From NCBI GenBank assembly GCA_020184695.1, contig JAANOX010000214.1, positions 1-64,000 of the forward strand: a DNA stretch of 64,000 nt, in the 5' to 3' direction. Below the pieces are notes generated by a model. The model was not told the origin of the DNA. It searched no databases and saw only the letters and a list, made by a program, of their open reading frames with translations. Origin of the DNA: Histomonas meleagridis 2922-C6/04-290x (lineage: Eukaryota; Protista; Parabasalia). Both the position numbers and the translations under genes were made by a program. Shown one piece after another: positions 19,933 to 32,031 of this stretch. Position 1 is the first letter of the stretch. Each line of letters starts with the position of its first letter.

Positions 19933-21410
19933 AGCTGCACAAGCTAAATAACAATATGTTTCACTAAAAATTAATTTTATTTTTCATAAATAATTTTTAA
20001 GAAAGCAAATATATCTTTCTAATCAAATTGCTTTTTTTTGCTCACTTTAAAATGAGAAAAATGTTAAAAAATGTTTTCTCTATTACAAAAAAAAAATTTA
20101 AAAACAGAAGATGAAAAAACAAAGTTATATGTGAACAATTTAGAAGGTTATGAATTACATTTTAAAAAAGACGCTGTCAACCAAATAAACGGTCTTTTCA
20201 AATCAGAAAATCAATTTTTTTCATTTTCAACTGAATCAAATTTAAAAAAAATATAAATAAATAAGTATACACATTCTATTCAATAAAATTATCTTAACCA
20301 AATTTTGTTATCTTGTTTTTTTTATGAGCAATCTCCAAAATTCCAAAATGCTTTTTTGGGCTTTAGGATTAAATACAGAAGTTCGAATTAAATAAATACA
20401 TAGAACTAATAATAGTCAATATTAATTTATATAATTTTTCTGTAGTTTTCATTTTGTTTTTAAGTTATACAAGATTTTCAATATCTATAGATCAGAGCAA
20501 AAATTCGAAAATCTGTCTTTGCAATTTTTTAAATTTTTATGTTCTATAAATAGGATAATTCTTGAAACAATTTATTCATTATTGGAGGCTCTGGACAAAA
20601 AAGAAAAATTAACTTTTTGAATTAATTTTGCGGTTACAGATGTATCAAGATTTGAATGTGGGAAGTCAAATTTTAATACTTTACAAAAAAAATTTGAGAG
20701 CAAATCCATCAAGATTCGTTCCTCCACGAGTGAGCGATAGTCACAACAAGTAATCACAAAATTAAACAGAAGATAAAAATGTTTCAAACATTTTTTCAAC
20801 AATACTTGTATATACTGGTTTAGATGTGGTTAATTGATATATCCAGTCTTTACTTAGATGACCGTTTGTGTATTGTATCGACACGAATTTAAATGGAAAG
20901 TGACTAAATTCAAAGGAAATTTTAAAAAAAATTATTATATCTTCATAAAAATTTGTCTACTGTTCTTATATGTTAAAATCTGATATGTATTAAATACATT
21001 ACAAATAATTTTAGAATTAAAAAAAATTTTATAAGAGGGAAAATTGGTTGACAGTGTCTTTTTTAAAATTATTGCCCAACAACGCACTCAATAGTAGTTG
21101 CTGATAATCGGGATGTTCGCATACATCACTTACGACCACCAACGATGCCAATTTACAGCAAAACTTTCAAAGATATTTGGTCTTTCCAATTTTTCACTTT
21201 TTTATAAAATAAAAAAGAATTGAAACCACAAAAGCTTCCTAATAAAATTTTTTTGCTGGTGGAAAAGGAGGAGCATTAACCGCAATAAAAATATAAAAAC
21301 ACAAAATGAGTTTATTTAAGAGGTCATCATTTGCAATTTTTCATTCTTTAAAAAAAAATTAATAATAACAATTATTTATTAAACATTCAAAGTATAATAA
21401 GACAGTGTTT

Positions 21411-21686
21411 TTATGACGTAAATAATAAAGGAACAGGTGGAAAATTATTTGTATTTTGATCTCTAAGTTGAAGAATAATATTTTCTCCATCAGAAATATA
21501 AACCATTTTCAGCGTGCTTTCATTCCGAAAGGTTTTGTTGAGATATCTTGGTAATAATAATCTCATATCTTTAATTTGACGATTAACAAATTTTTTTAAA
21601 AGCCTTTTGATTTTAAGGCACGTTGTATCCATTTCTACATTCAGGTAAATTATATTGTTTTCCCATCTTATCTTAATGAAAACCAT
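21411..21686 (-). CDS. Ubiquitin-like protein, Elongin-B-like
   Basis: MVFIKIRWENNIIYLNVEMDTTCLKIKRLLKKFVNRQIKDMRL resembles the Elongin B N-terminus (VF..IR....I......++KR++..++.R...+.RL); no C-terminal GG. Confidence 0.5.
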   Translation of the reverse strand: MVFIKIRWENNIIYLNVEMDTTCLKIKRLLKKFVNRQIKDMRLLLPRYLNKTFRNESTLKMVYISDGENIILQLRDQNTNNFPPVPLLFTS

Positions 21687-22577
21687 CTTTTTTGTTTCAA
21701 CGATCATTAACCGCATTTGTTGACAAAATGATCGGCAACAAACGGTCGTTGAAAATGTCTTCCATACCATTTTGATCAATGCTAAAATTTTTGAATTAAG
21801 GTATGCAGTGTGTTGCCTTAGTGTGTCCCATTAGTAATTTTAAGACTTATTTCATGTTAACAACAATAAATGATTTTCACAAATTGATATCTGATTGAAT
21901 TTTATATTAAGCATAAAAGCTGGAATATCGTATTCATGTTTAATAGTTTTAGTGTCTTGCGGATCTTATTTTAATTTACTTTATGTATTTTTTTGACTTC
22001 ATCAAAATCAAAATCAAGTTTTTTGGATTCACTATATAAAAAACCGTACAAACACAAAACTTTCAACGTGTCTAATCAAAAAATTCAGTCACATGTGACA
22101 TTTTTTAAAATATGTTTCTGTTTTCTTGATTTCTTATAATAATTTACAGTATTGGACAAGTAAAAATACCCCTTGATTTGAACATTAGATATTAAAAATC
22201 TTGTATCATTTAAAAACATTAAAAAATAATTATTTTGATTTTTGAAATTTAATTTAGAGGAAAATGAAAAAAAAACAACTTTTTTGGATTTGAAACGAAT
22301 GTTTCTTTAATTAACTTTAACCTTCCTGATTCGGTTATGTTTTTTAAAAAGGTTGATAGGTTCCTTAATATATTGAATCACAGAAAATATTTTTGTCTCC
22401 GTACTTTTATGAAAAACCTAATAATTTTCAAATAAATCATACAAAAATACTAAAAAACACCGGAATGATTTGAGTGGTTCATATTCAAAAAACTAAATCA
22501 CAATTGAATTTGAAAATGCAAAACAATAATAAAAAGATAAAAATGGTTTTCGAATTTGTTTTAATTCATTTTTTTAA

Positions 22578-24428
22578 ATGTATCTTTCTCTTCTGATCAT
22601 TCTTTGTTTCGAAAATTCTTTAGAGAATGACATTTCAAAGAGAATTAAAATAAGGGAGAAAAACATCCAAATCAAGAAAGAAAATGTATTAAAATTTAAA
22701 AGGAATGTAAATTCAAAAACTGAATCTTCATTTATTTCTCTTGAAAAAGAAAACACAGAAGAATCAATACCATTAGATACGCAATTGGAAGAGAGTTCAT
22801 CAATTGAAACAAGTTCATCAAGTGAGAAAGGAGAAATAACAGAAGCAACAGAATTCCCAATCACACAAGCAAAAAGTTCAACAATAGAATCGATTGAAAC
22901 AAGTTCATCAAGCGAATCAAGTGAAACAAGTTCATCAAGTGAGAAAGGAGAAATAACAGAAGAAACACAATTTCCAATCACACAAGCAGAAAGTTCAACA
23001 ATAGAATCGATTGAAACAAGTTCATCAAGCGAATCAAGTGAAACAAGTTCATCAAGTGAAAAAGGCGAAATAACAGAAGAAACACAATTTCCAATCACAC
23101 AAGCAAAAAGTTCAACAATAGAATCAATTGAAACAAGTTCATCAAGTGAGAAAGGAGAAATAACAGAAGCAACAGAATTCCCAATCACACAAGCAAAAAG
23201 TTCAACAATAGAATCAATTGAAACAAGTTCATCAAGCGAATCAAGTGAAACAATTTCATCAAGTGAGAAAGGAGAAATAACAGAAGCAACAGAATTTCCA
23301 ATCACACAAGCAAAAAGTTCAACAATAGAATCGATTGAAACAAGTTCATCAAGCGAATCAAGTGAAACAAGTTCATCAAGTGAAAAAGGAGAAATAACAG
23401 AAGAAACACAATTTCCAATCACACAAGCAGAAAGTTCAACAATAGAATCGATTGAAACAAGTTCATCAAGCGAATCAAGCGAAACAAGTTCATCAAGTGA
23501 GAAAGGAGAAATAACAGAAGCAACAGAATTCCCAATCACACAAGCAAAAAGTTCAACAATAGAATCAATTGAAACAAGTTCATCAAGCGAATCAAGTGAA
23601 ACAAGTTCATCAAGTGAGAAAGGAGAAATAACAGAAGCAACAGAATTTCCAATCACACAAGCAAAAAGTTCAACAATAGAATCGATTGAAACAAGTTCAT
23701 CAAGCGAATCAAGTGAAACAAGTTCATCAAGTGAAAAAGGCGAAATAACAGAAGAAACACAATTTCCAATCACACAAGCAGAAAGTTCAACAATAGAATC
23801 GATTGAAACAAGTTCATCAAGCGAATCAAGCGAAACAAGTTCATCAAGTGAGAAAGGAGAAATAACAGAAGCAACAGAATTCCCAATCACACAAGCAAAA
23901 AGTTCAACAATAGAATCGATTGAAACAAGTTCATCAAGCGAATCAAGTGAAACAAGTTCATCAAGTGAGAAAGGAGAAATAACAGAAGAAACACAATTTC
24001 CAATCACACAAGCAGAAAGTTCAACAATAGAATCGATTGAAACAAGTTCATCAAGCGAATCAAGTGAAACAAGTTCATCAAGTGAGAAAGGAGAAATAAC
24101 AGAAGAAACACAATTTCCAATCACACAAGCAGAAAGTTCAACAATAGAATCGATTGAAACAAGTTCATCAAGCGAATCAAGTGAAACAAGTTCATCAAGT
24201 GAGAAAGGAGAAATAACAGAAGAAACACAATTTCCAATCACACAAGCAGAAAGTTCAACAATAGAATCGATTGAAACAAGTTCATCAAGCGAATCAAGTG
24301 AAACAAGTTCATCAAGTGAAAAAGGCGAAATAACAGAAGAAACACAATTCCCAATCACACAAGCAAAAAGTTCAACAATAGAATCGATTGAAACAAGTTC
24401 ATCAAGCGAATCAAGTGAATCAAGCTAA
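22578..24428 (+). CDS. Secreted mucin-like Ser/Thr/Glu-rich tandem-repeat protein
   Basis: Short hydrophobic N-terminus, then 14 units (13 of 39 aa and one of 30 aa); no C-terminal TM segment. Confidence 0.8.
   Translation: MYLSLLIILCFENSLENDISKRIKIREKNIQIKKENVLKFKRNVNSKTESSFISLEKENTEESIPLDTQLEESSSIETSSSSEKGEITEATEFPITQAKSSTIESIETSSSSESSETSSSSEKGEITEETQFPITQAESSTIESIETSSSSESSETSSSSEKGEITEETQFPITQAKSSTIESIETSSSSEKGEITEATEFPITQAKSSTIESIETSSSSESSETISSSEKGEITEATEFPITQAKSSTIESIETSSSSESSETSSSSEKGEITEETQFPITQAESSTIESIETSSSSESSETSSSSEKGEITEATEFPITQAKSSTIESIETSSSSESSETSSSSEKGEITEATEFPITQAKSSTIESIETSSSSESSETSSSSEKGEITEETQFPITQAESSTIESIETSSSSESSETSSSSEKGEITEATEFPITQAKSSTIESIETSSSSESSETSSSSEKGEITEETQFPITQAESSTIESIETSSSSESSETSSSSEKGEITEETQFPITQAESSTIESIETSSSSESSETSSSSEKGEITEETQFPITQAESSTIESIETSSSSESSETSSSSEKGEITEETQFPITQAKSSTIESIETSSSSESSESS
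22804..24420 (+). repeat. Coding minisatellite, 117 bp unit
   Basis: Unit ETSSSSEKGEITE(A/E)T(E/Q)FPITQA(K/E)SSTIESIETSSSSESS; period confirmed (23941 vs 24058). Confidence 0.95.
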
Positions 24429-24922
24429 GTAAAAGCTCTTGAAACCATTTTTTATAAATCATTTTACATTTAAAATTTTAACCATCAAACACAAATATTT
24501 GAAATACTTAATCAAATAATTCAGGAAATTTAGAAGTTTTTAATTTTAACATATATCAACTAAGTAAATTTAGTTAGATATTTAAATGTGAACACCTTAA
24601 AGTTGTAGTATGATGAAATTTTATCAGTTTTTGTTTATTAGGTTCATAATCAACCTAATTGATGAAGATTCCACATTTAGGAATCAGATTATAGTTCCCC
24701 AACAATTGTTTTTTTCCCTGTGGATAACAGTTCACTGACCATTGATTTTGGATATCAAAAACGCCTAAATATATATAGGGATTTATGGGAAACATAAAAA
24801 TACACCGAAATGAAAAACAATGATATTATTTTACTTTCTAAATAATCTCACGATTTATTCCTTGGGAAGCAATAATTTTCATATATCATGTGAACAAGAT
24901 GAAAAAGGAATAAATATTGTGT

Positions 24923-25435
24923 TCACTTCCGACGATAATTCTTGTAGAAGTCTTGGGCAAGCCTACCCATCCCTGATGTGCTTGAACTTCTGAGTCTAGA
25001 TCCATGTGTACTGTTCTTTCGCGTACCTTGATTGATTTCAGAAGGATCAATAAATTTCTTTGTTTTGGTTTCCTCTTTAATGTGCTTTTTAATTATAGGC
25101 CTGTGAATTTTTTCTTGAAATTCTAATTCTTTTTGATCATAGTATTTACGCCAAGTGGCTCCAGGAGGAAGAACTAAGGGATCGCGTTTACCAACCCAAA
25201 ACTTTTTTAACACTATAACACGCCAAAGTTCTTCTAAAATATCATTAAATCCAGGAATTTTGGAATTAGGTGAATTATCTTGAATTTCAATTAAATCTTT
25301 TGGACCAACGTTTCTTAATATTTGACGAATTAAATGAGGAGGAACACCTGTAAATATTATGTTTCTTGGATTAATTGTAGCTAATCGATTGAGACAAATC
25401 TCTTTGAGAGTTGGGAAGTGATCACTTGGTTTCAT
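24923..25435 (-). CDS. Elongin-A-like protein (BC-box)
   Basis: FPTLKEICLNRL..GVPPHLIRQIL..LEELWR..TWRKYY follows the Elongin A SIII-activation-domain pattern. Confidence 0.7.
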   Translation of the reverse strand: MKPSDHFPTLKEICLNRLATINPRNIIFTGVPPHLIRQILRNVGPKDLIEIQDNSPNSKIPGFNDILEELWRVIVLKKFWVGKRDPLVLPPGATWRKYYDQKELEFQEKIHRPIIKKHIKEETKTKKFIDPSEINQGTRKNSTHGSRLRSSSTSGMGRLAQDFYKNYRRK

Positions 25436-25614
25436 TGTCGGTTTAAGGACCGTTAAGGAGGGTCTGCTATGAGCAGAAACTTTGCAGGGAATTTAACAGA
25501 CATGCTGAAGTACTTTGTAAACCAACATTCCTTCTAGATTCTTTCAACCGGGGGCAATCGTGCCATATTGCCATTTTCAAAATCTCTTGCCATATGGCAA
25601 CAGACTTAGTTAAA

Positions 25615-25755
25615 ATGGCAACAAACTTAGTCAATTAAATTGTATATCATTCAAATGTGGCAACGATAGCTCTCAAATATGGCAACAAACTTAGTCAATT
25701 AAATTGTATATCATTCAAATGTGGCAACGATAGCTCTCAAATATGGCAACAAACT
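25615..25755 (+). repeat. 64 bp tandem repeat (2.2 units) within a TGGCAAC/TTGCCA-rich tract
   Basis: ATGGCAACAAACT starts at 25615, 25679 and 25743. Confidence 0.9.
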
Positions 25756-26102
25756 CAGAAAAGCTCTATCGTATTTCTATCGTAAAAGTGACATCGATGT
25801 AAAGGAATTGAATAGTTTACATCTAATATAAAGTATTGAAAAAGATTAAAAGTATTTTGACTCATCGACTTTTTAGATAAATTTTAATCTCTAAATATTT
25901 TGTTACATATAATTATATGTAAACTATGCAAAAAGTGGCGATATATCGACCGTTAATTTCAGCAACATCCCGACTACAACATCTGAAAAACTTCACTTAT
26001 CAATAAATAAAATACAAAAAATTATCAAAATTCTCAAAGTTTAATAAAATATATCAACCTAAATTGCATTACTTGGCTATTTGAGTTTATTCATATGTGT
26101 GA

Positions 26103-27953
26103 ATAAAGAGAACTAAATTATTTGATAATGTGCTTAAAATTATAAAAAAGATTTATTCCAAAAATTTCAAAAATTGATCTTGTATTTACTTTATTCGTTC
26201 CTGCTGAATTTTGTTAAATAATTAAAAAAGAATATGAGTATCGAAATACAACAAGATCGTAATGAACAAGAGAGGAGATTTCCACGTTTATAAACGTTTT
26301 TTTCACTGTACGTTAAAGCTTTTACTTTAACAAATCATTTTCTTCAACAATATGCTTTATTTATAATTAACACATGATTTACCATAATTCGTTACAAATG
26401 GTTGTCTCCAAACTTAACAAGTGAAAGTTATTGTTTCAACATGGCAGAACAGATCAAAAAACATGCATTGAATAACGGTTTCTTTACCACAACATTCACA
26501 TTTGAATTTTAATATATCATAAAAATCAATGATACAATTAAGAAAATGATAAGAGTAACATTAAGACATACAAAAACCCTAAATCTAAATGATACTAAAC
26601 CTAGATTGCATGATGTGCAAATTCTTATGAGTGGCAAACAATTTAGTAATAATTTGCTAAATCTATGAAATGTATTGTATGAAATATTATGTGCTTTTTA
26701 TGACATTGTATACTCTCAAAATCATTTTATTACAAAACAAAATAGGAAAGTAAGTGATCATATAAATTAATAAGTTAATATTCACTAATTTATTTGAATA
26801 CCGCTGATCAATTGAACATATTCATAAGACATGAAATTTTATCATAAAATTTATAATTTCCAACGTTAAATTAATTTTATATTCTTAAAAAGTTCATAAA
26901 TTGACTGTTTAACCAGATGTATTTGCCCTCATAAAATTTAAATAACGTTCGAATTCGATACAGAAGACCAAACAAACATTTTTTATAAAAATATTAATAT
27001 CTTAATATAAAATTAATATAATATTTATAATTTTTCAAATAATATTTCTCATATTAATTATATTATAAATATTTGTTTTTTTTCAAATATTCAAATTTTA
27101 TTCAAAAGAAATAATAATTTTAAGATTTTTAATGATATATTTTTCAAGTATATTTAAAATATTTGAGTTCACTTGATTAAATGATTCAACAAAATATGAA
27201 TGTTAATGATGCTACAATATTAAAAGTACTATCAGAATATTTAGAAAGCAATAATAATAAATTATTTTTCATCTCAGAACTTAGTATCAAATTTAATGTT
27301 AGTAAAAGAACAGTGAAAGATTTCATCACAGTTTGTGATGGTATTGAAGTTTGTCGAAGATGTTCGAATGATATGTTTCAATGGATTGGTATTAATAATA
27401 TTCAAAATACTATAAAAAAATTTAAAGAAGAAATCGAAAAAAGTTCACAAAACAATGAAATATTAATGCTATTTGATTGTAGTTCTAATGGAGGACTTGA
27501 TAATATATCAATATTAGTTATTAAATTATTCTTTTATTTAAACAAGAATTGTTTAAATTTACATAAAATTGCGAAATTATTTTCACAAGGGAAAAGTAAA
27601 TATAAAACGATGCTTCGCAAAATTATATACAGTTGGCATTGGATTACGAATTTGTGGTATTGTTTCAAAAAAACTAATCGAACATCTGAAATTCATTTCA
27701 ATTATTTTTAATTATTTTGATTCTAAAAGAAAGAATATTAATGGTTTTGATGTATTTCGATTAAACTTTATCTTAAATTCAGAAGAAGATATTCAAAGAG
27801 CAAAAGAATTTCGAAGAAGAATTGATATATTTGAGAATTATGTTTCAAATTATAATGATATTATTAATAGTGGAATAAATTCTCAAATTTATAAGGCTCC
27901 TCAATACTTATATTAAATAAAACCATTCTTCTCTAATTTTCATTTTTTAATGT
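26103..27953 (+). repeat. Right arm of ~1.85 kb inverted duplication
   Basis: Reverse complement of 16737-18584. Confidence 0.95.
27181..27916 (+). pseudogene. Second E2F/DP-like copy, frameshifted by 4 extra homopolymer bases (possibly sequencing error)
   Basis: 736 bp vs 732 bp for the left copy; +1 A, +2 A and +1 T in runs. Confidence 0.8.
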
Positions 27954-29674
27954 TTTAATGTTTGAAATGTATTTTATTTAATATGTTAAATATATATTAA
28001 ACAAAGAAAGTGATAATTCCAAGTAAGTATTGATGTAGACCTATACATTAATGTTTATTTCAAACAATAAATTCAAGTGATTGTGGAAATCAAATGAACT
28101 TTTTTGTAAAATCCAAATGTTTTTATGTTTAATACTCTTCTTCCATAAAAATTGATGAAAAGAAAACAAACACACTCAAATCCTTCAGACACAATTGTGT
28201 TGCTAAAACCATTAAATACTATAACAGAAGTTCAATCATCATCAACATTACGTTATCGATTGTTATTATTAATGTTAACATTATTACAAGTACCAAACAC
28301 AGAAAATTATGATGAAATGTTAAATAACTTAGCAGAATTTGTTGGAGCGTTAAAAGAACATAAATCAAAAACATGTGAAGAAGCTAATGAATGTATTAAT
28401 ACTATTCCGAGTGGTTTCATAAAACGAGGGCAATCATCGTATGTATAGCATCAAACACAAGTAATTTTGTAAGTGCTATTGAATGTACCATGGTAACAAA
28501 TTTGCAAAAACATTAACATTGAAAATCTCGTATAATTATGTTTAATATGTTTTAAGGCTCATCCTATTCAGGATCAGAAGTATTTCGAAGTGCATTACAA
28601 TTTTCGAAAACATTAATTCTTCGATTACCGAAATTTGTTGAATCTTCACGATTCGGCAATGTGATAATACTTGAAATTAACTTTAGAAAAAGGACAAATT
28701 GGGAAACTAAACACAATAAATTAATAAAGAAATGTATATCAATTTTTGATATAGATTAGATCACCTAACGAAGAGAAACTTTCATGTGACGCATGTAAAT
28801 AAGTTAATAAGAACTTAATACATTGAAACAATAAAACAGATGAAACGCAAAGTTTAGGTAATAATAACATCGAATTAGAACAGTTGAAGTGTACACGTTT
28901 TAAATGATCCACGTGAAACTGTATAACGAATAATGAAACAGCCACAGAATTTTGAGGATGAAGAACTAGAATTCGACAAAAGAGGTTGACTTGTGCTAAA
29001 AGAAGCGCCGAAGAAAAATCAAAAAATGAAAAATGATGGAAAGAAGTGATGAATCAGAATAAGTGAATGAAATAGCAGAGAAAATTGAAACAAAAAGAAC
29101 CACAAAGGAAAAGAATCGAAAGCTCAATCTTATTGCTTGGAACAACGCATTCCACTTAATGAGAGTTTAAGAGTATAATGCTTCAAAATGGAAATAATTC
29201 AAATTTTTTTTATAACAGCGTATTTTTCGTACGAAAAATTATAATAATAATAATAAAGATAATTCTTAAAGTATTAATCTTTTTTTTTATAAATATTTGA
29301 AAATTATCAAGACCGAGTGGAACATTTTTTTCTTAATATCGTGCGTTTTTCGAAAAATTATCATTGTATATTAAGTTATCAACAAATTCTTTCGAGTAAA
29401 ACAAATATGATTTATTAATAAATCAAAAGTCCGAAAGTTTAATCTGTTTCTATTTATACAATAAAATAATATGAGGTAAATAAATATCACATAATGAATT
29501 ATTTGATTTTAAGATTTGGGATATATTGGAAATGCACATCAAAAATTAAATGAATTTTATAAAGAAGTTAAAAACACGTTACTTACTAAAACATGATTAC
29601 AAAAACCGTAAAATGCATTCATTTCCATTATCAAATTGAATTGACTTGGTTCTCAATCGGCCATCGTTCAACAA

Positions 29675-30910
29675 ATGGCGCTCCTAAACAAGTCCCTGGA
29701 TTCGATACTTGAAAATGAGAACAAATCACTCGAAGAGGTTCTAAAGTTCGATTCCGTAGTCCAGCTTTACACACAAAGTTATCCATCTTTAGTCCGTTAT
29801 TTGATGAACCATTTAAGAGAGATTCTAGATTTAGCATTGACAAGTGAAAACAATTTGATAAGGGCAAATGCTACATTGCTTATTGCATCTTCAAATTCTA
29901 TGATTTTAGAAGCGTTACTTTCTCAAGGTATATTTACAGAGGTATTTTCAATGTATTTCTTTCAGGAGAATCCAAAATTTGCAATTATAGGAAGAATAGC
30001 ACACATAATGGAAATGTGCCTTCTTGATTTCTTTGATGAATCATCATCACAATTTTATTTCATTTCAGAAGCTGTTCGCTTCTTAGATAACCCGACTTTG
30101 GTTGAGGCGTTAGTTAACTGTATCAAAAATGAATACATGGGGAAAGATTTTATCCAATGGATAAGTGATCTGGAAATTGATTACAAGTTAGTTGATGCAG
30201 TTGATCAACTTTCTCGCTCCAAAGAAGTTAATACACAATATGCCATTGGTCTTTTTGAAGTACTTGATGAACTTTTAAAAAATGAACAAGTATTATCTAA
30301 ATTTTCCAACCCATCAAGTATATCAATGCTTGTAACACCAATCGAGAAATTGCCTCTTTATGTTAAATATTATCAATGGCAACTTGTTCTGGATATTGTT
30401 AATGTTTACACGATTCCATTTATTACTCCATTGAGTTCATTATTCACTAACTTGCTAACTGATACATCTAACGGAGTCCACTTTCACAACATACTTGGAT
30501 TCCAAATCCTCAGTAAAATCCTGGTGATTTGCCCCGAGAAGCGCAAAACGATCGGCATTGAAACGATGTTTGATTTTGCATTCAAAATTCTGTACAACTT
30601 CCAAGGCCATTCAATTGCGTTGAATGCGGTTTCCGACTTTTTGATAGACTCAGCCCAGAAAGCAGAATATCGAAATCTTGTTTTGGATAAGGTTATCCCT
30701 TTTGCTGACAATGTCTTTCAACAAAACGCAATCACAACAATCCAAGCCACTTGCTATAAAATGTTTAAAAATATGAAATATAAAGTGGATTGGAATGGAT
30801 ATGAGAAAAACACATTTGATAAGCTTTATTTGAAGTACGTTGCTCGGTTGTTTGAAATAGAAAATAAAGAATATGGACAAGCTTATGACGTGCGCGATTT
30901 CCAAATATAA
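29675..30910 (+). CDS. SAPS / SIT4-associated (PP6 regulatory subunit)-like protein
   Basis: N-terminal LDSILENENKSLEEVL..SLVRYL..ILDLAL pattern; helical 411 aa. Confidence 0.65.
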   Translation: MALLNKSLDSILENENKSLEEVLKFDSVVQLYTQSYPSLVRYLMNHLREILDLALTSENNLIRANATLLIASSNSMILEALLSQGIFTEVFSMYFFQENPKFAIIGRIAHIMEMCLLDFFDESSSQFYFISEAVRFLDNPTLVEALVNCIKNEYMGKDFIQWISDLEIDYKLVDAVDQLSRSKEVNTQYAIGLFEVLDELLKNEQVLSKFSNPSSISMLVTPIEKLPLYVKYYQWQLVLDIVNVYTIPFITPLSSLFTNLLTDTSNGVHFHNILGFQILSKILVICPEKRKTIGIETMFDFAFKILYNFQGHSIALNAVSDFLIDSAQKAEYRNLVLDKVIPFADNVFQQNAITTIQATCYKMFKNMKYKVDWNGYEKNTFDKLYLKYVARLFEIENKEYGQAYDVRDFQI

Positions 30911-31055
30911 TTTTAATAAAACTTTGTGTCTAATTTGACCGTTTATTTCATGTCAAAATAAACCATTCAAATGTTAGCATAATAAAAAAAAATTTAATGA
31001 ATCTACAAGCTGTAAGTGGATTTAAAAAGCAAATTTAGATAATTGTGTTTAGTCT

Positions 31056-31832
31056 TTACTCTTGTGTTTCGATATCAATTCCTTCAAGAATTGATGGACG
31101 GACACCTGCACGGCGTGGAAGGCTGATAAGTGGGTTCTCACCTTGGCCAATGACGAAAACGTTTGGAATACGTGTGGCAAATTCGGCTCCAGATGCATCT
31201 TTGATATGGACAATTGAGAATCCAACCATTTGTGGTTCGATGGATTGGATGACACCAACACGACCGACGTTACCACCGGATGTTACCATGGCAACGTTGC
31301 CCTTTTCGAACTTGATGAAGTTATCAACTTCATGTGTCTTGAGGTTGTACTTGACTGTGTCGTTCATACGGATTGATGGATCAACATAACGAAGTGTGTG
31401 GCCATCATGGGCAACGAGATGTGGAACTCCGCGTTCACCAATGAAATATTTGTTGATACGAAGAAGTTTGAATTCGGCTTCCTTTGGTTCGATCTTGTGG
31501 GCGACAAAACGTCCCTTGGCATCATAAAGAAGACGGAATTGTTCGTTGGATTTACCGAGTTCAATTACATCCATAAGACCTGCTGGGAAGCGTGGATCAG
31601 TACGTACCTTACCATCAACTTTAACAAGTCTACGAGCAACAATGGCTGTAACTTCACGGGCATTAAGGGCATACTTAAGACGATTACGTAAGAAAATGGT
31701 GATTGGAAGGCATTCTCTAAGTTTGTGTGGACCAGAGGATGGGCTTGTAGCAAACTTTCCTGCTGTCTTTGCAAGCATCCAGTGGTGTGGGGCTGCAAGG
31801 CGCTTTAAGTGCTTACGTTGGCAACGTGGCAT
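31056..31832 (-). CDS. RPS4: 40S ribosomal protein eS4
   Basis: MPRCQRKHLKRLAAPHHWML..GPHKLRECLP..DGKVRTDPRFPAGLMDVI; high-expression codon usage; true ATG at 31832. Confidence 0.98.
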   Translation of the reverse strand: MPRCQRKHLKRLAAPHHWMLAKTAGKFATSPSSGPHKLRECLPITIFLRNRLKYALNAREVTAIVARRLVKVDGKVRTDPRFPAGLMDVIELGKSNEQFRLLYDAKGRFVAHKIEPKEAEFKLLRINKYFIGERGVPHLVAHDGHTLRYVDPSIRMNDTVKYNLKTHEVDNFIKFEKGNVAMVTSGGNVGRVGVIQSIEPQMVGFSIVHIKDASGAEFATRIPNVFVIGQGENPLISLPRRAGVRPSILEGIDIETQE

Positions 31833-32031
31833 TGACCAAAAGGAAGGACCAAAACCGTCGAGGCCGTTTAATACAATAAACGGTTTCTTCATAACTTTGG
31901 TTTTTGTACATTAACTTCGTGAATATATCCTATTTATCAATACTATTTTGCGTTTTCTTGGATAATAAATTTTTTAATATATGATAAGGTTGAAAAAATG
32001 TTAATTTATAATTCAATAATGATAAAAATGT

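Noticed and set aside
20560-21300. Coding-like remnants between the SH3 gene and the Ubl gene
   Set aside because: Multiple stops in all frames and no family I can support.
22574-24358. 594 aa antisense ORF
   Set aside because: By-product of a stop-free repeat unit; the sense frame has the signal-like N-terminus and mucin composition.
25615-25755. CRISPR-like array
   Set aside because: The units are identical end to end with no unique spacers, there are no cas genes, and the context is eukaryotic.
28152-28945. Possible degenerate hAT transposase remnants
   Set aside because: Only vague motif echoes (FVESSRF, LHASH); no convincing DDE or TIR, so left unassigned.
31045-31914. Multiple overlapping ORFs across RPS4 (likewise across H3, PMCA, Arp2 and the kinases)
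   Set aside because: Shadow frames caused by biased codon usage of real genes.
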